A stretch of 64,000 nucleotides of DNA, taken from positions 123,635,741 through 123,699,740 of the forward strand of contig CM041465.1 in assembly GCA_023213395.1 (NCBI GenBank), given 5' to 3'. Under the pieces are notes generated by a model. It had not been told where the DNA came from. It was given only the letters and a program-made list of their open reading frames with translations, and did not search any database. Numbering within the stretch: the stretch's first letter is position 1; each line of letters begins with the position of its first letter. The DNA is from Cycas panzhihuaensis (taxonomy: Eukaryota; Plantae; Cycadophyta). Of the stretch, positions 26,671 through 40,500 are shown one piece after another. The position numbers and the translations under genes were made by a program.

Positions 26671-27576
26671 TATTAGGACATATTTTCGCACATAAACTAT
26701 GAGGAAGATAGAATGCAGGCTCATATTGACTAGTGGAATATAAGTACGGACCATACAAAGGTATGCATAGTGAAAAAATATAGAAAATGTGTAATATAGG
26801 TACGTATGATAGGTACGTACCTTTTCATGTACAAAATATAAGGTACATATCATTTTGGATATGCTAGTAAACAAAAACGTACACATGAACAAATCTGACC
26901 CAAAGACACCTAGATATAATGACATCATCCCAAATTAACATATGTATGAACGTATGGATAGAAAAGATACCATTAAGGAGACTTAATCATGTGTTTTAAG
27001 TAAAAAGGTACCTTAGTGATAAAAGGTATGGTTGTGACTTTGAATCATAACCCTTCACTCAAGAGGCATAAAAAGGACATATTTAATGATACTTTGAGGA
27101 TCATTCCAGTGATGAGAGCCAACTATTCAATCCATGAGGTAGTACGATAGCCAAAGTACCAAGGAAGATAGTACAGATTATGGATTCAATAGATGCATTC
27201 CATTATACATTCCATTTTGTAATACATGTGACATAATCTTATATATATGATTGGAACATATGCAGGATACATTCCAAAACTAAATGTATTAGTCCTATTA
27301 TTTAATACAGTGAAGAGTTATGTGAAATATTATGTCTTATGCATGCCATAATGATTATATAATGGAATTTATGCTGATTGGTATACTGTTGTGTGGAATT
27401 TATAATGATATTGTGATGAATTAAGGATGAATGTGTGATAACATTGTGTGCATAAGAACCTTATTGATAGTTAATAGGAAAAGAATCATGTTGATCATAT
27501 TCTAAGCTAGACCAACAACCAATGATCCCTTAACAAGTGTTGGTTTTCATAAGTATAGTGAGTTTTTAAGCCAACA
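26671..27576 (+). repeat. 5' LTR of G1
   Basis: Aligns with 43380-44267; TG start mutated to TA; ends CCAACA. Confidence 0.93.
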
Positions 27577-27749
27577 TTGGTTCTATTGCTTACATCTATT
27601 ATGAAGGCACGGGACTAGGAGTTTCACAAGGGGAGAATGTTTAAAGGACAAGGAACCCTGGCTGTCATTGTAATGGCAGGTTATAACTAAGACTCCGACA
27701 GCTAAGGGACCTTCTAATTCCACCTAAAAGGCCTTCGAAGGTGGGATGG

Positions 27750-30552
27750 CCACAAAAAGATACTTCACCTAAAGGGAAAGAAACAGTAGACAAAGAGAAT
27801 TACGATGATAAAAAAAATTAAAATTGAGAAGGATGAGGAGATTAAACTTATATAATAATGAAACTAAGGGACAATCCATTGAAGAATCTGAGGCAAGTGG
27901 AGCCCAGACACCTCAAGAACAAGTAGAGGAAAGAAATGGCAAGCAAATGCTACTAACATGTGCCCCAATTAAGTATGACCTTTTAAGCCCAGAAAAGGAG
28001 GAAAATTTAGAAGGAAATTTAGAATAAAGTGACACCTTAAGGAAGAAGAAACATATAAATGTGGATGATACCTCAAAGGACCCAAGTGATAACAAGAAGG
28101 CAGTAGAGGAAGGTCCCTTAGTGGACTGGGAGAATAAATTAATAAGATAATTATTTGAAGATTCACCAGACAAGGGATATAAACAATCATATCTAGTAGT
28201 CACACCATCAACGGTACAAGTACCAGGAGTATTCAGACCTATTCATTTAAAAATACCATTTCAAAATCCTTTATTTAGGAGAGACAATACTACACCAAGC
28301 ACACCAAATATATCACCCAAAGTGAAGAGTGAACGAAATGGAACGAAATCTTCAAAGAAATCAAAAGTAGAAAGGTCACCACCACTGGGAAGGACACCAA
28401 TGTAGTTTCTAAGGATGGACAACTCAAGGGATTTTGGAAAACTAATTTTTAATGACACATCATATGTGGCAGAGCATATGTACCTATTCCAAAATTTGAT
28501 TAACATGAAAAAAATTATAGATGAGGATGAGATAAAGGAAAGATTTGCCTATACACTAAGGGGAGTACCATTGGCATGATACAAGGAGTTGGATAAAAAG
28601 GAAACCTATGCAAGCATAAAGAAGTCATTCAAGATGAGATTTTAAAAATTTTAGAGCAATGAGGTTGTTGAGATTGCTCTTAGGAAAATCAGACAAAGAT
28701 TAGATGAATCAGTATTAACCTATATTAGCCAGATGAAAATAATCGCCACCAATATGATCAATGAGACAATTCTAAATCACAATATGAGGATCTACTTTGT
28801 TAGAGAGTTGAATAAGAAATTAAGATCTATGATGCATGACATCCTCTAAAATCATTTAAAAATGATCAAGAGTTGGCATTGGATTTTGAAGCCCAGATGG
28901 ATGCCCAAGCGGGAGGACATGACCCCCTATTACTTAGATTACAAGATGAGATAAGGGAGATAAAACAAAACCACTATAATTGACCCCTCTGTCAAATGGG
29001 AATATCAGAGGAAGAATCAACAATTTAAGCTTTAGGGAAGGAAGTAGCAAGACTAAGAATGAAAAATATGAAAGAAGAAGAAGCTAAGAAAATGAAAGAC
29101 CGAGAATTTAAAATTGAAAGTGGTGTCACATATGTGAACAAAGTTTGCATACAACCAAAGAGTGTAAATTTAACCCAAAGAATAGTGTGATATATAAAAA
29201 AGATAAGTGGTGCCACATATGTGACATGTATAATCACAACACCATGGAGTGTTTCTATAACCTCAGAGGGAGAAGTTATAGAGGATGAGGTTAGGGAAGA
29301 GGAAGCAACCCACCTCAGAACATATACATAATAAAAAGTACACTGAAAACCTTGAAGAAGAAACAACCAATGGGAAGATGTTTAATTTATTTACAATTTG
29401 GGCATTAGAAGTTAGATTTCCCAACCAAACAAGATTATGAGCATAAACCATTCATATGTAACAATTATGGCCCAAGTGAGTATAACACAGAAGAATGCAA
29501 GGGAAAAGCCAAGATAACTAATTTGATGACTATTATCCTCGAGAATAGTAAGAACGTGAAATTTCATAATGAACAGAAAGGAAAAGAAGTAGCGAGTGGA
29601 GAATATCTAAACCCTAAAGTGGAAATTGATCACTTTAAGCAAGCAAAACAAGTGTTGAAAAAATTAGCCTAGCAAACAATCAAAATAATGTTACCAATGG
29701 GCAAATCAAAGACAAAATATGTATACATTAGAAAAAATAAACCTCATGAGAGAGAAACCAAGGAACAAAAGATGTAACCTCAGTTGGTTTAGGCAGAAAA
29801 ATTGTTTAAAGGGTTACCAATGGAGGATATCCCCCAGATGCTATTGCTAATAGAGAATTTGGTAAAACAATTACAATTAACAATCCCTTTATATTAAGTA
29901 ATAGATTATATTAAGGCCATAATACTATAATAATGGGGAATTATAAAAAGCTTGAAAAAGATAATGCCATCCTTTGACTTGGATACTATGGTCATAATCA
30001 TGGTATAGGAGAAAAATTTTTCAAAGGTGATTATAGATGGGGGAGAAGTGGTGAATGTCTTTCCCACCACAACATGGCAGAAGTTAGGGAGTCCTAAGTT
30101 GGAGATTGTGATCTACTTATTAAAATTAGCAAATGAATTATTAGTAAGACCAATTGAAAAGTTGGTAAACATAAAAGTGGACGTGGCAAGAATAGTAGTC
30201 AAAATTGATTTTACCATTGTGGAAATGGAGAAATGGGTAATATCCTATTCAGCCTTGTTGGGTCACCTATGGTTATATAAAACCCAATATCTCCAAAGTT
30301 AGAAGGATGTGACCTTCATATTATCAGATGGAGGAAGTGAAATGGTCCTCCCAATGCTGGGGAATAATTCCATTAAGGTAATACTAGATGATGCATTTAG
30401 TACAACCATCGCAAGCAAAAAAGCATCCTCTTTTAATGAAGGTAACTTGTATCATACAGTCAAAGAACCGACAAAGTTGATAAACTCTTAAGAGATAGAA
30501 TCCACCTACTTCAAAGAAATTTACAACTCTTCCGATGACAAGAATAGGGAAA
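27750..30552 (+). pseudogene. gag-pol: G1 gag-protease pseudogene
   Basis: Capsid-like ERFAYTLRGVPLA*Y...ALRKIRQRLDESV (~28520-28730); aspartyl protease ORF 30027-30302 (IIDGG...ALLGHLWL). Confidence 0.85.
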
Positions 30553-31674
30553 TGATCAAATTTTGGATCCATTAAATCTAAAATTTTCTTCAAAAAAGAG
30601 TATAAAATAATTTGGTGGTACTTATTTTCATATATCCAACCTTCTTTAGGCAGAAAAATGCTATTTGGAATCTTAAAATGTAAAAAAAATGTATTTTGGT
30701 ACAACCAATCTAGTCTTTGGTATGACCAGTCCAATCCATGGTATGACCAGTCCAGTCCCCAATATGACCAGACCTGCCTTAGGTACATCCAGACCAATAG
30801 TCAATGTGACCAAACCTACCTTAGGTACAACTAGACCAGTAGCTAGTGCAACTAGGCTTGCCTTAAATGCAACCCTGTTTTACCAGGGTACGACTAATCT
30901 CATTTTAGGTGTGACCAAAAAATAATAACCCTTACAGAAAACATGATTTAATCAAAAAATTAAACTCTGTTTATCACAAAATTTTAGGAGGACATTTACA
31001 CAAGTGTCCTCTACCAAATAGAAGAAAGAAATCAAAAGTTTTAATCATTTTTTAACAGATCAAATAGAGGGCTAAAAAAGGAAGAGAAAAAAATAGAAAA
31101 ATGGTTTTCAGAAGTTGAATAAGCTTTAGAAAAATAGGAAAACTACCCAGATCTATACAGGAAACATGGAGAAGTGCCCAACAATTATATGCATAATGAG
31201 AGGAGCAAGAAAACTTAGGAAATAACTTAGATTAACATTCCAAACATGAAAATTGCTCCAAAACTAAGTTTGTGTAGGGAACAGAGAAAAACAGAGGCTC
31301 AAAAGTGGAACAGACAGGAAGAAGTGGAGAAAAAGAGCCCAGATCTATTCGTGAGGCACAAGAGGAGTCAAAGAAGGCTCAGACATAGCCAAATAAGGAA
31401 GAAGACAGCTAGAGAAATCTTGGAAAGACGCCTAAGTTGAAAAAGATTTAAGAAGTGGTTTTACGGTTGAATAGAGAACAAAGCCTCACTTCAAAGTCTC
31501 TGAAAAATGTACTAGAAAGTACGCATCAGCTAAAATAGAAAGTGTGCAATAGTGCACTAGAAAATAGAATTTTGTAAGAACAATTACAAATATGAAAATA
31601 TATTATATTGTATATTGATTCTAAATTTGTTGCAATTGGTTTAAGTCTTTACTTTCTCATTCAAATTCAGATCA
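30553..31674 (+). repeat. 5' LTR of G2
   Basis: Aligns with 36412-37588. Confidence 0.94.
30698..30920. repeat. 21-bp minisatellite (about 10 units) in the G2 LTR; second copy at 36558-36775
   Basis: Approximate consensus ggt(g/a)(c/t)gaccag(a/t)cc...; present in both LTRs. Confidence 0.88.
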
Positions 31675-31859
31675 ATATTGTTGGTATCAAAGTTTAATTT
31701 TAAAACCCTTGGGAGTTTTAAAGATTCTTGTAGAAAAAAGAGAGAAAAACCCTCATTGTTTTGTCGTGCGAGAAATTTTATGAAAACTAGGTTTCAGTAT
31801 CAATTAACTGACAAACCTTTGATTAAACCATTTGAAAAAGAGCATAGACAACAAAGGAA

Positions 31860-34800
31860 AATGGTCGAATCAAAACTAGAGATAGAGAAAAGTTTCATGA
31901 AGATGGAGCAAAACCTTGATAGGTTAACTCAACTTGTGGTGCAGTTTGTTTCTTAACAAGGTGCATCCTCTTCAATAACCAAAGGCAAGAAGAAGGAAGA
32001 AGATGAACTCATAAAAGAATAGATAAGTAAATGTACCCATGAAGGACCTGTAGATGACCAATAAGCTGAGGAAGGAGATGACAGTCCTATAATAGCACAT
32101 CCATTCAAGGTAAAAGAAAAGCTTGAATTATCCATCTATGATAGAACCTTAGATGCTGAAACGTTAGATGATTGGTCGGACCACCTAGAAACATACTTTT
32201 CAATTTATAGGTACAAAAACTAGTAGAGAATCACTTTTGCTAGGTTAAAACTATCCAAACTTGCATTAGTTTGGTGGAATGTATACCTCAAATCCCATAA
32301 TGTAACTGAAATTACATGGCAGTGATTTAAAGCCCTTATCAAAGAAGCAATTCTACCCTATTGGGTATGAAGAGTAGTAGAGAATTAGATGGCAATACTA
32401 TAGACAAGAAAGATGCCAAAATATTCAAGAATACACAACAGAATTTTAGAAGTAAGTGATTGTATTGGGCATCTCTTTACTGGGCAAATATATAATGTTG
32501 AAATATGTTGGTGGGCTATACCAACATTCAACAAGAACTTCAATTATTTAAAGTGAAAGCACTAAATGAAGCCAGCAAGAAAGCGGTTGCCATAGGGAAG
32601 AGGAATAAGAAGGTTTTTACAGAGAGGAAAAGACTTGTACCTCAAGAAGGTAGTAACAAACTAACCCAAGGAAAGAAGTTTCCAAGAAAAGTTGGACAAC
32701 AACTAATTGGGGGTTTTGGTGAGAAGAAGCAAGCTAATACCACTCAAATCAAAGCCTCATACACACATTACAAGCGAATAGGACACGACATAGAAGATTG
32801 TTAGTTCTTACATCTAAAGAAGTGGCCCATGAATAAGGAAAAATATAAAACCAAAGTTGAAGGTAAAGCTTTACTTAATTTTGTAGGAGATGAAGATATT
32901 TGTGGCACCAAAGAAGCCAATAAGAAGTTGATGCTCATGGCCAATGTTGAGCCTAAAAGTAGCCATCAACAAGTTGATCTAGAGATTAGAGAGGAGCTCT
33001 TCATAGTGAGAATCCAAGTAAAGCAAAGTATGATTGATGCCATTTTTTTATGAAGAAGCTAAAAGAACAATCTCAAAGGCATTAGTGAAGAAATTGGGAT
33101 TAAAAATGTATGCACATCCGAAACTATATCCTTTTGGATGGCTGCAAAAAACTTATGAACTACAGATTACTAACTAATGTAAGTTTAAATTTATAATTTC
33201 TAAAAAGTTCAATGGAAAAGTTGAATGTGAAGTGGTTCCTTTGGACGTTTGTCAAGTTTTGTTTGGTAGCCTTTATCTTTATGATAGAGATCGAGTCCAT
33301 CACAGGAGGCTGAGGAAGATTTGACTCATCAAGGACGGAAAATCATATTTGATTAATGCATCAAAGCCATAAAAGAATATCTCCCTCATATCCTCCCAAC
33401 AAGCGAAAAGATCGATTAATGCTTACGGAAAATTTGTTCTACTGATGGTGAAGCAGAAGGTGGAAGAAAATGAGCAAGTAGAGTCCTCAACACAGGCACT
33501 GGAGAGGAAATAATTGTAGTAGATTGAAGGCCTAAGGAATAGGTATAATGGCATATTCTAGGAGCCAAAAGGACTGTCCCCTAAGAGAGTAATTGAGCAT
33601 GAAATCGAATTGGTTGTTGATTCGCCTTTGCCCAATCTTAGTCTCTATCAAAACTCTATTATGGAGAATGAAGAGATTAAGAAGTAGATTCAAGAACTCT
33701 TGGGGTAAGAAGTGACCAAGCTGAGTTGTTCTCCTTACGATTCACCTATTGTTTTGGTACCAAAGAAAGATGGAGGATGGAGAATGTGCATTGACTATCA
33801 AACTTTAAACAAAATCACCATAAAGAATTGACATCCCCTACCATAGATTGATGACTTGTTCGACTAGTTGTAGTCTAGAAGATATTTCAGTAAGTTGGAT
33901 CTAAAATTAGGCTACCATCATATTCAAATCTAGGAGGAGGATACTTGGAAGACAGCCTTCAAATCAAAGCAAGGGCTATTCAAATGGATGGTGATGCTTT
34001 TTGGTTTGTGCAACACACCTACCACCTTCATGAAGTTGATGAATGAAGTATTAAGACCTTTCATTGATGATATTGTTATTGGTTATCTAGATGATATTTT
34101 GATTTTTAGTCAGACTTTAAATGCACACTTCCAACATATTGAATAAGTGCTCAAAGTTCTTTAAGGGAAGCAGCTGAAACTTAACCTTAAGAAGTGCAAG
34201 TTTGGGAAGCAATCTCTTGTCTTCTTACTTTTTTAGTTGGAGGAAGATAATTGAAGATTGACCCAACAAAGATTAGAGTTATTCTCAATTGACCCATACC
34301 CAAGATAACCACGAATGTAAGAAGTTTCATTGGTGCTTATCAATATTTAAGAAATTTTATTTTTAAATTCTCTCAAATTGCAACATCTTTACATGCATTA
34401 ACAAAAGGGCATGCAAAGTTCCATTAGGGGAATGAACAAGAAGCTTTTAGGCTTCTAAAGTAGAAGACTTGTGAAGCGCCAGTGTTAGCCTTACTATCGT
34501 TAAAAAAGCTATTCGAGTTGGAGACCGATGCTTCAAGTTATGCCATGGGAGTAGTATTAAACCAAGAAGGAAGATCAATAGCATACCATTCAAAGATTTC
34601 TAATGGAGATGTAATAAACTACCCAACTTACATTAAGGAGCTCTATGCATTGTATTAAGCAGTGAAGTATTGGAAACCTCACTTGTTGGGAAAAGAGCTA
34701 GTCATCTACACTAACCATAAGCCTTTGCAATTCTTATAGATACAGTCTATATTGTAGCAGGCTAGGCACATGAAGTGGATGTCCTATTTACAACAGTTTT

Positions 34801-36372
34801 ACATTGTGGTCAAATACAAGAAAGACACATCAAACAAAATTGTAGACTTGTTATCCAAACCTATCAACAGTAAGGTATTTCTAGCTTGTTAGTAGTTATA
34901 CAATTTCATTTTTTTTGCCATGATGAGTATGCTAATTTGTACTTGGAAGATGAGGCATTCAAGCCTATCTTAGAGCAGCTACAGCAAGGAAAAATAGTTG
35001 CTAATTTTCAATTGAAATATGGTCTACTTTTCAAGCATAATAAGCTTTGTATTCTAAAGCATGCGGACTGAATGAAGTGGATAAGAGAAGCTCACACCTC
35101 TCGATTGGTAGGACACTTTAGAGTAGGAAAAACATTTCTAAATTTGTAGTGATATATGTATTGGCCTAATATGCAACAAGATGTGATTATAGCAATACAA
35201 GAATGTACATTGTGTAGCACATCAAAGCTGGCCAATAGGAAGTTTGGATTGTACACTCCACTTCTTATTCCATCACAACCATGGGAGAGCATCTCCATGG
35301 ATTTCCTCAGAGGCCTACTAAGGACTAAAAATAGTATGGATTATTTGTTTGTAATTGTTGATCAATTTAGTAAAATGGTGGTGTTGATTCCCTGTAGGAA
35401 GACACATACAGGAGAAGAAATAGCTAGATTATTTTTCCAGCATGTTTGGAGGCATTTTTGGCTTCCCAACTCTATCATTTCTTATCAAGATAGTAATTTT
35501 TTTAGCCATTTTTGGCAAACTCTTTGGGAAATAATGGATACAAAGTTAAAGATGAGTATAGCTTTTCATCCTCAAATAAATGACTAGACTGAAGTTATCA
35601 ATAGGACATTGGTGCAGTTGTTATGAGGATATAATGCCAAGCATCCCAAGATTTGAGACAAAAGTCTCCTATACCTGCAATTTACCTTTAATAGAGCAGT
35701 CTATAGCACAACTAAAAAATCACCATTCGAGATATGTTTAGGATTTCTACTTGCAAGTCCATTTGATTTAGAATTTTCAGCCAAACATACTACAGAAATA
35801 AAAAGAAGGAAGAAAGATAAGAGAAGGCACAAAGATTATTGGAAGGAATCAGAAAAATTCATCAACAGGTTGAGAAGCAACTTCAAAAATCTCAACAAAG
35901 ATATAAACAAAGGTATGATGCACATAGAACTAGTAATTCCTTTAAGGAAGGAGATAGAGTTTGATTACATTTTAGTAAGAAAAGATTGCAAGGTCAAGGT
36001 AAAGAGTTGAAGCCTATACGGTATGGTCCTTTTATAATCTTGAAGAAGATTGGAGGAAATACTTTTCAAGTTGAACTTCTAAAATTTATGAAGATGTATT
36101 CAATTGTGAATGTTGAGAATCTGAAAATGTTTGAACCATCCATGTTAGATGAAGATGAAAATGGGGTTTCACTTTTGCCAAATCTAGAGGGAATTGTGAG
36201 TGGAGAAAGAAGAACTAATGCAAAATGATTACATTCTTCAAAAGTAGCATAACATAACCAAAAGAGGTATAATTGATTCCTTTTGGATTAGAGAGAAAAG
36301 ACAACTACCTAGAAAAGCAAAATGGTATAGCAAGGAGAAGAGAATAATCAAATTTCTTCATTTACAATTATA
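31860..36372 (+). pseudogene. gag-pol: G2 gag-pol pseudogene with C-terminal chromodomain-like segment
   Basis: gag 32100-32480; CCHC ~32770-32800; [18 protein letters not shown] and YLDD (~33750-34100); RH ETDASSYAMG; INT 35156-35587; terminal FWIREKRQLPRKAKWY...FLHL. Confidence 0.92.
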
Positions 36373-36411
36373 AGATTCATGAGGCCATGAACTCCTAAAA
36401 AGGAGGAGCTT

Positions 36412-37588
36412 TGATCTAATTTTAAATCTATTAAATCCAAAATACTCTTCAAAAAAGAGTATAAAATAATTTGGTGGTACTTATTTTCATATGTCCAACC
36501 TTCTTTAAACAAAAAAAATGTTATTTGGAATCTTAAAATGTGAAAAAAATGCATTTTAGTACAACCTATCCAGTCTCTGGTACAACCAGTCCAATCTCTG
36601 GTACAACTAGTCCAGTCCTTAGTGTGACCAAACCTGCTTCAGGTATGACCAAACCAGTAGTCGGTGTGACCAGACCTACCTCAAGTATGACCAGACCAGC
36701 ACTAGTGCAACCAAACCTACCTCAGGTGCGACCGTGTTTTACCAGGGCATAACCAGTCCTATTTTAGGTGTGACAAAAAAATAGTAGTCCTCATGGAAAA
36801 TGTGATTTGATAGGGAAAACAAACTTCGTTTATCACAATTTTTTAAAAGGATGTTCGTACAAGTGTCCTCTACCTACTAAAAGAAATAAATCAGAAGTTT
36901 TAGCCAATTTAAATCATTTTTTAATGGATCGAATAGACAGTTTAAAAATAAAGAGAAAAAATGAAAAAATGGTTTTCAAAAGTTGAATGGACTTTGGAAA
37001 AATAGAAAAACTACTCAGATCTATACGGGAAGCATGGTGAAGTTCCCAACAATCATATACGCAATGAGAGAAGTAAGAAAACTTGGGAAATAATTTAGAT
37101 TATCATCCCAAATGTGACAATTGCTCTAAAACTAAGTCTGTGCAAGGAACAAAGAAAAACAAAGGCTAGAAAGTGGAATGGATGAGAAGGAGCAAAGAAA
37201 AAGAGCCCAAATCTATTTATGAGATACGAGAGGAGTCCAAGAAGGCTTAGACACATCCAGAGAAGGAGAAGACAAATGGAGAAATCTTGGGAAGATGCCC
37301 AAGTTGAAAAAGATTCCAAAAGTGGTTTTGCGGATAAATGGAGAGCAAAACCTCACTTCAAAATCTCTGAAAAACATACTAGAAAGTATGCAATAGCCAA
37401 ATTTATGCCCAAAATTTATTAATCCATCCCCAGATTGCTGTAACAACAAAGAAAGTGTGCAACAATGCACTAAAAAATAGAATTTTATAAGAACAATTTC
37501 AAATATGAAAAATATATTATATTGTATATTAATTCTAAATTTGTTTTAATTGGTTTAAGTCTTTACTTTCCCATTCAAATTCAAATCA
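36412..37588 (+). repeat. 3' LTR of G2
   Basis: Aligns with 30553-31674; carries a ~40-bp segment near 37405-37445 that the 5' copy lacks. Confidence 0.94.
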
Positions 37589-40500
37589 AGCAAAGCTTGT
37601 GGATTACTAGTTGCATGATGCATATGAAGTCAACCCTTCATCCTATAGGTGTAATTTACTTTCCAAAAATGTAATTTAATTTTAAATCTTTTGATCATAC
37701 AAGTATTAACGATAACATAAGAAGTAGCATAAAGAATGATGATAGTATAACCCCAACCCTAGACCTAAATCCTCATACCCTAACATAGGCCCTTACCCTA
37801 GTTTACTTTCTAATAAATCTATATTATCTAATACTAACCCTAACCCTAACCCCTCCTCTACATTGGGCGTGGGTCCTAAGGTAGATTGCCCATCCCCATT
37901 CTTATTTCAACCCAAAGGAGGAGATAACAATCCTTCCTCGTCATCTTTAGAGGTATAGCCACCCAACAGGTCCTTTTCAACTATCAGCACCAAATCAAAG
38001 GAAGAAGAAAAGGAACTAGAAGAATGAATCCCTAAAAACTCAAGTCTAGGAAATAAAATTACCATCACAGAGGAAAAGAATCATGAAACCTACATTAGAG
38101 ATTATGTAAAACCTTTTTATGGAGACCAGCTATATGAAACTAACCACCCAATATACTGTATAGAATATTGGTTGGAAGAGGGAATCTTAAATAAAATTCA
38201 ATAGGAATTAGATTTAGTACTAACATTACAAGGGACTATGTGGTATTAGTACTCAGCCCATCAAACCACCTTCAAAAATTGGAAGACATTGCAAATTGCC
38301 TTTAGAGCCTAATTTGACCCTCCTCAGTAATCAAATATCCCATTATTTTATGTAGGAGATTTCCCAATTAAACACATTCATAGATGTAAGCAAGAGTGGA
38401 TATTTTTAAGCTTGCCTAGGAAGACTTGGAGTAATCTTTTCTATTATACCCTAGAGCAAGTGACAAAAAACTAGTTTCTGGGGAAAGAGCAAAACTTGGA
38501 TATAACATGGGGTAACCTTAAGAAATCCTTCATAAAAACATTCTCACATATATCAGACAATATAAAAATTGATAAATTACTCAAATTAATTAAAAAACTA
38601 AGTATGGACTTAGAACAGAAAACTATATCATTAGTACATAAGAAGGAGAGGGAGAATGAAAAGGAAGAAAACCATAACTACCTACGAAATTTGCAAAAGT
38701 TAAATATGGTAAAAGAGAAATTGAAAAAACCCCCACCCATCATGTGGAAAAAGAAGAAGCAAGGAAGATCCAAAACACATATGAATAGGAAATTATTGGG
38801 ATGATCAAACTATGGCATAAGCCTAGCAACTATTTGAGGAATTTCATGATGTTTTCACATAGTCTTATAAGGATCTTAAGGGCATTCCCCCATAAATTGG
38901 AATGTATCACATTAACCTCATCGAAGGAGCTAAATGGTGAAGTAGAGACCTTATCGCATAAACCCAAAATATAAAGAGAGGATAAAAGCAGAACTAGACA
39001 AAATGTTGGAAGTCATGTATATTTACGAGATTGACTACACCAACTAGGTGAGTCCAATAGTAGTAGTCCCGAAGAAGAATGGGAAAATAAGAGTTTATGT
39101 GGATTATAAGCAAATTAACAAAGTAATAAAGAAGGATCCCTTCTCATTACCTTTCACAAAAGATGTTTTGAAAGCTATAGGAGGAAATGAGATGTATTCC
39201 TTCACATATAGGTTCATTGGGTATAACCAAGTTTAGATCACCATAAAAGATCAAGGAAGGTGACTTTTGTGACAGAATGGGGAACATACGCATACAAGGT
39301 AATGCCTTTTGGCCTTACCAATGCCCCAGCCATATTCCAAAGAATCGTGATCAATATTTTTTACAAGATGATTGGATAAAAGTGGCACTTTTTCTAGATG
39401 ATTGGACCTTTAACGAACTCATGAAAAACCATATAGACAATTTAAGAAAAATATTACAAATATGTCAAAAGAACAAACTATGTTTAAATTCAGAAAAATG
39501 TATCTTTTTAGTACCCTTTGGAAATTTGTTAGGGCATATCGTGAGCTGGGAAGGATTATTAACGGATCTGACTAAGGTTTCAATAATTCTACATTTCTCA
39601 GTGTCATTTACAAGAAAACAATTAAAAGGATTCTTGGGATTAATAAGGTATTACAGGAAATTCATTAGCAGGTTTGATAGTATATCAGAATCCTTGGAAA
39701 AATTATTAAAAAAGGACATAGATTGAGAATGGAGCATTGAGCAGCATCACACATTTAAATCATTGAAAAAAATAATCATATCTGCAACCATATTAAGATT
39801 TCTGGATTGGGAAAGAATCTTCTATGTGCATGTTGGCACATCATAATATGCTATCGGATGTGTACTCATATAACCAAACAATGATAAGGTAGATCACTCC
39901 ATTTAATTTGCAAGCCGAAAGTTGACAAAAACTGAGTAGAATTACACCACAACTAAAAGGGAAGCACTTGAAGTGATGTATGCATTACAAGAATTTCATC
40001 ATTAATTACTGTCAAATCCATTTCTATTCTTTGTGGACCACTAAGCTCTTATGTACTTAGTGAACATACCATAATGAAGGGTCAAATTAGCAGGTGGCTT
40101 ATGTCATTTTAAGAGTTTTCATTTAAGATAATGGTAAAACCTAGGAAAGTTCATGTAATACTAGATCAACTATTAAGAATTACCAACGCAGAAAAAGCCA
40201 CAGGAGTGCCTGATGGCTTCCTAGGCACAACCCTATTTAGTGTAGAGATAGTTCCAATGGAGTGGCATGAAGGAATACCAGAATACCTAGGGACAAGTGA
40301 ACTACCACCTAGCATGGATCGAACATAACATTGAAATTTCATACAAAAGGCAAAACCATATTAATTGATCAAAGAGGAACTATATAAATTGGGACCTGAT
40401 AAAGTGTTGTGTCAATACATAAGGCTATATGAAATCAATCAAATTATGGCCCAAGCACATGAGGGAGTGGATGGAGGTTATATGGGGAAGATGGGAACTT

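Larger units (their letters stand above)
30553..37588 (+). mobile_element. CRM-like chromovirus Ty3/gypsy element G2, inserted in G1
   Basis: LTRs 30553-31674 and 36412-37588 with TGATC...ATCA termini; PBS tggtatcaaagt 31682-31693; PPT aaaaaggaggag ~36397-36408; INT SQPWESISMDF...VDQFSKMVVLIPCRKT; KPIRYGPF. TSD weak (ggaaa/agcaa). Confidence 0.94.

Noticed and set aside
30689-30925. Heptad-repeat ORF (GTTSP..) resembling the Pol II CTD or a mucin
   Set aside because: By-product of a 21-bp LTR minisatellite; the frame end differs between the two LTR copies.
37834-37852. (CCCTAA)3 vertebrate-type telomere repeat
   Set aside because: Only three units, within a Pro/Asn-rich linker of G1; best explained as PNPNP codons.
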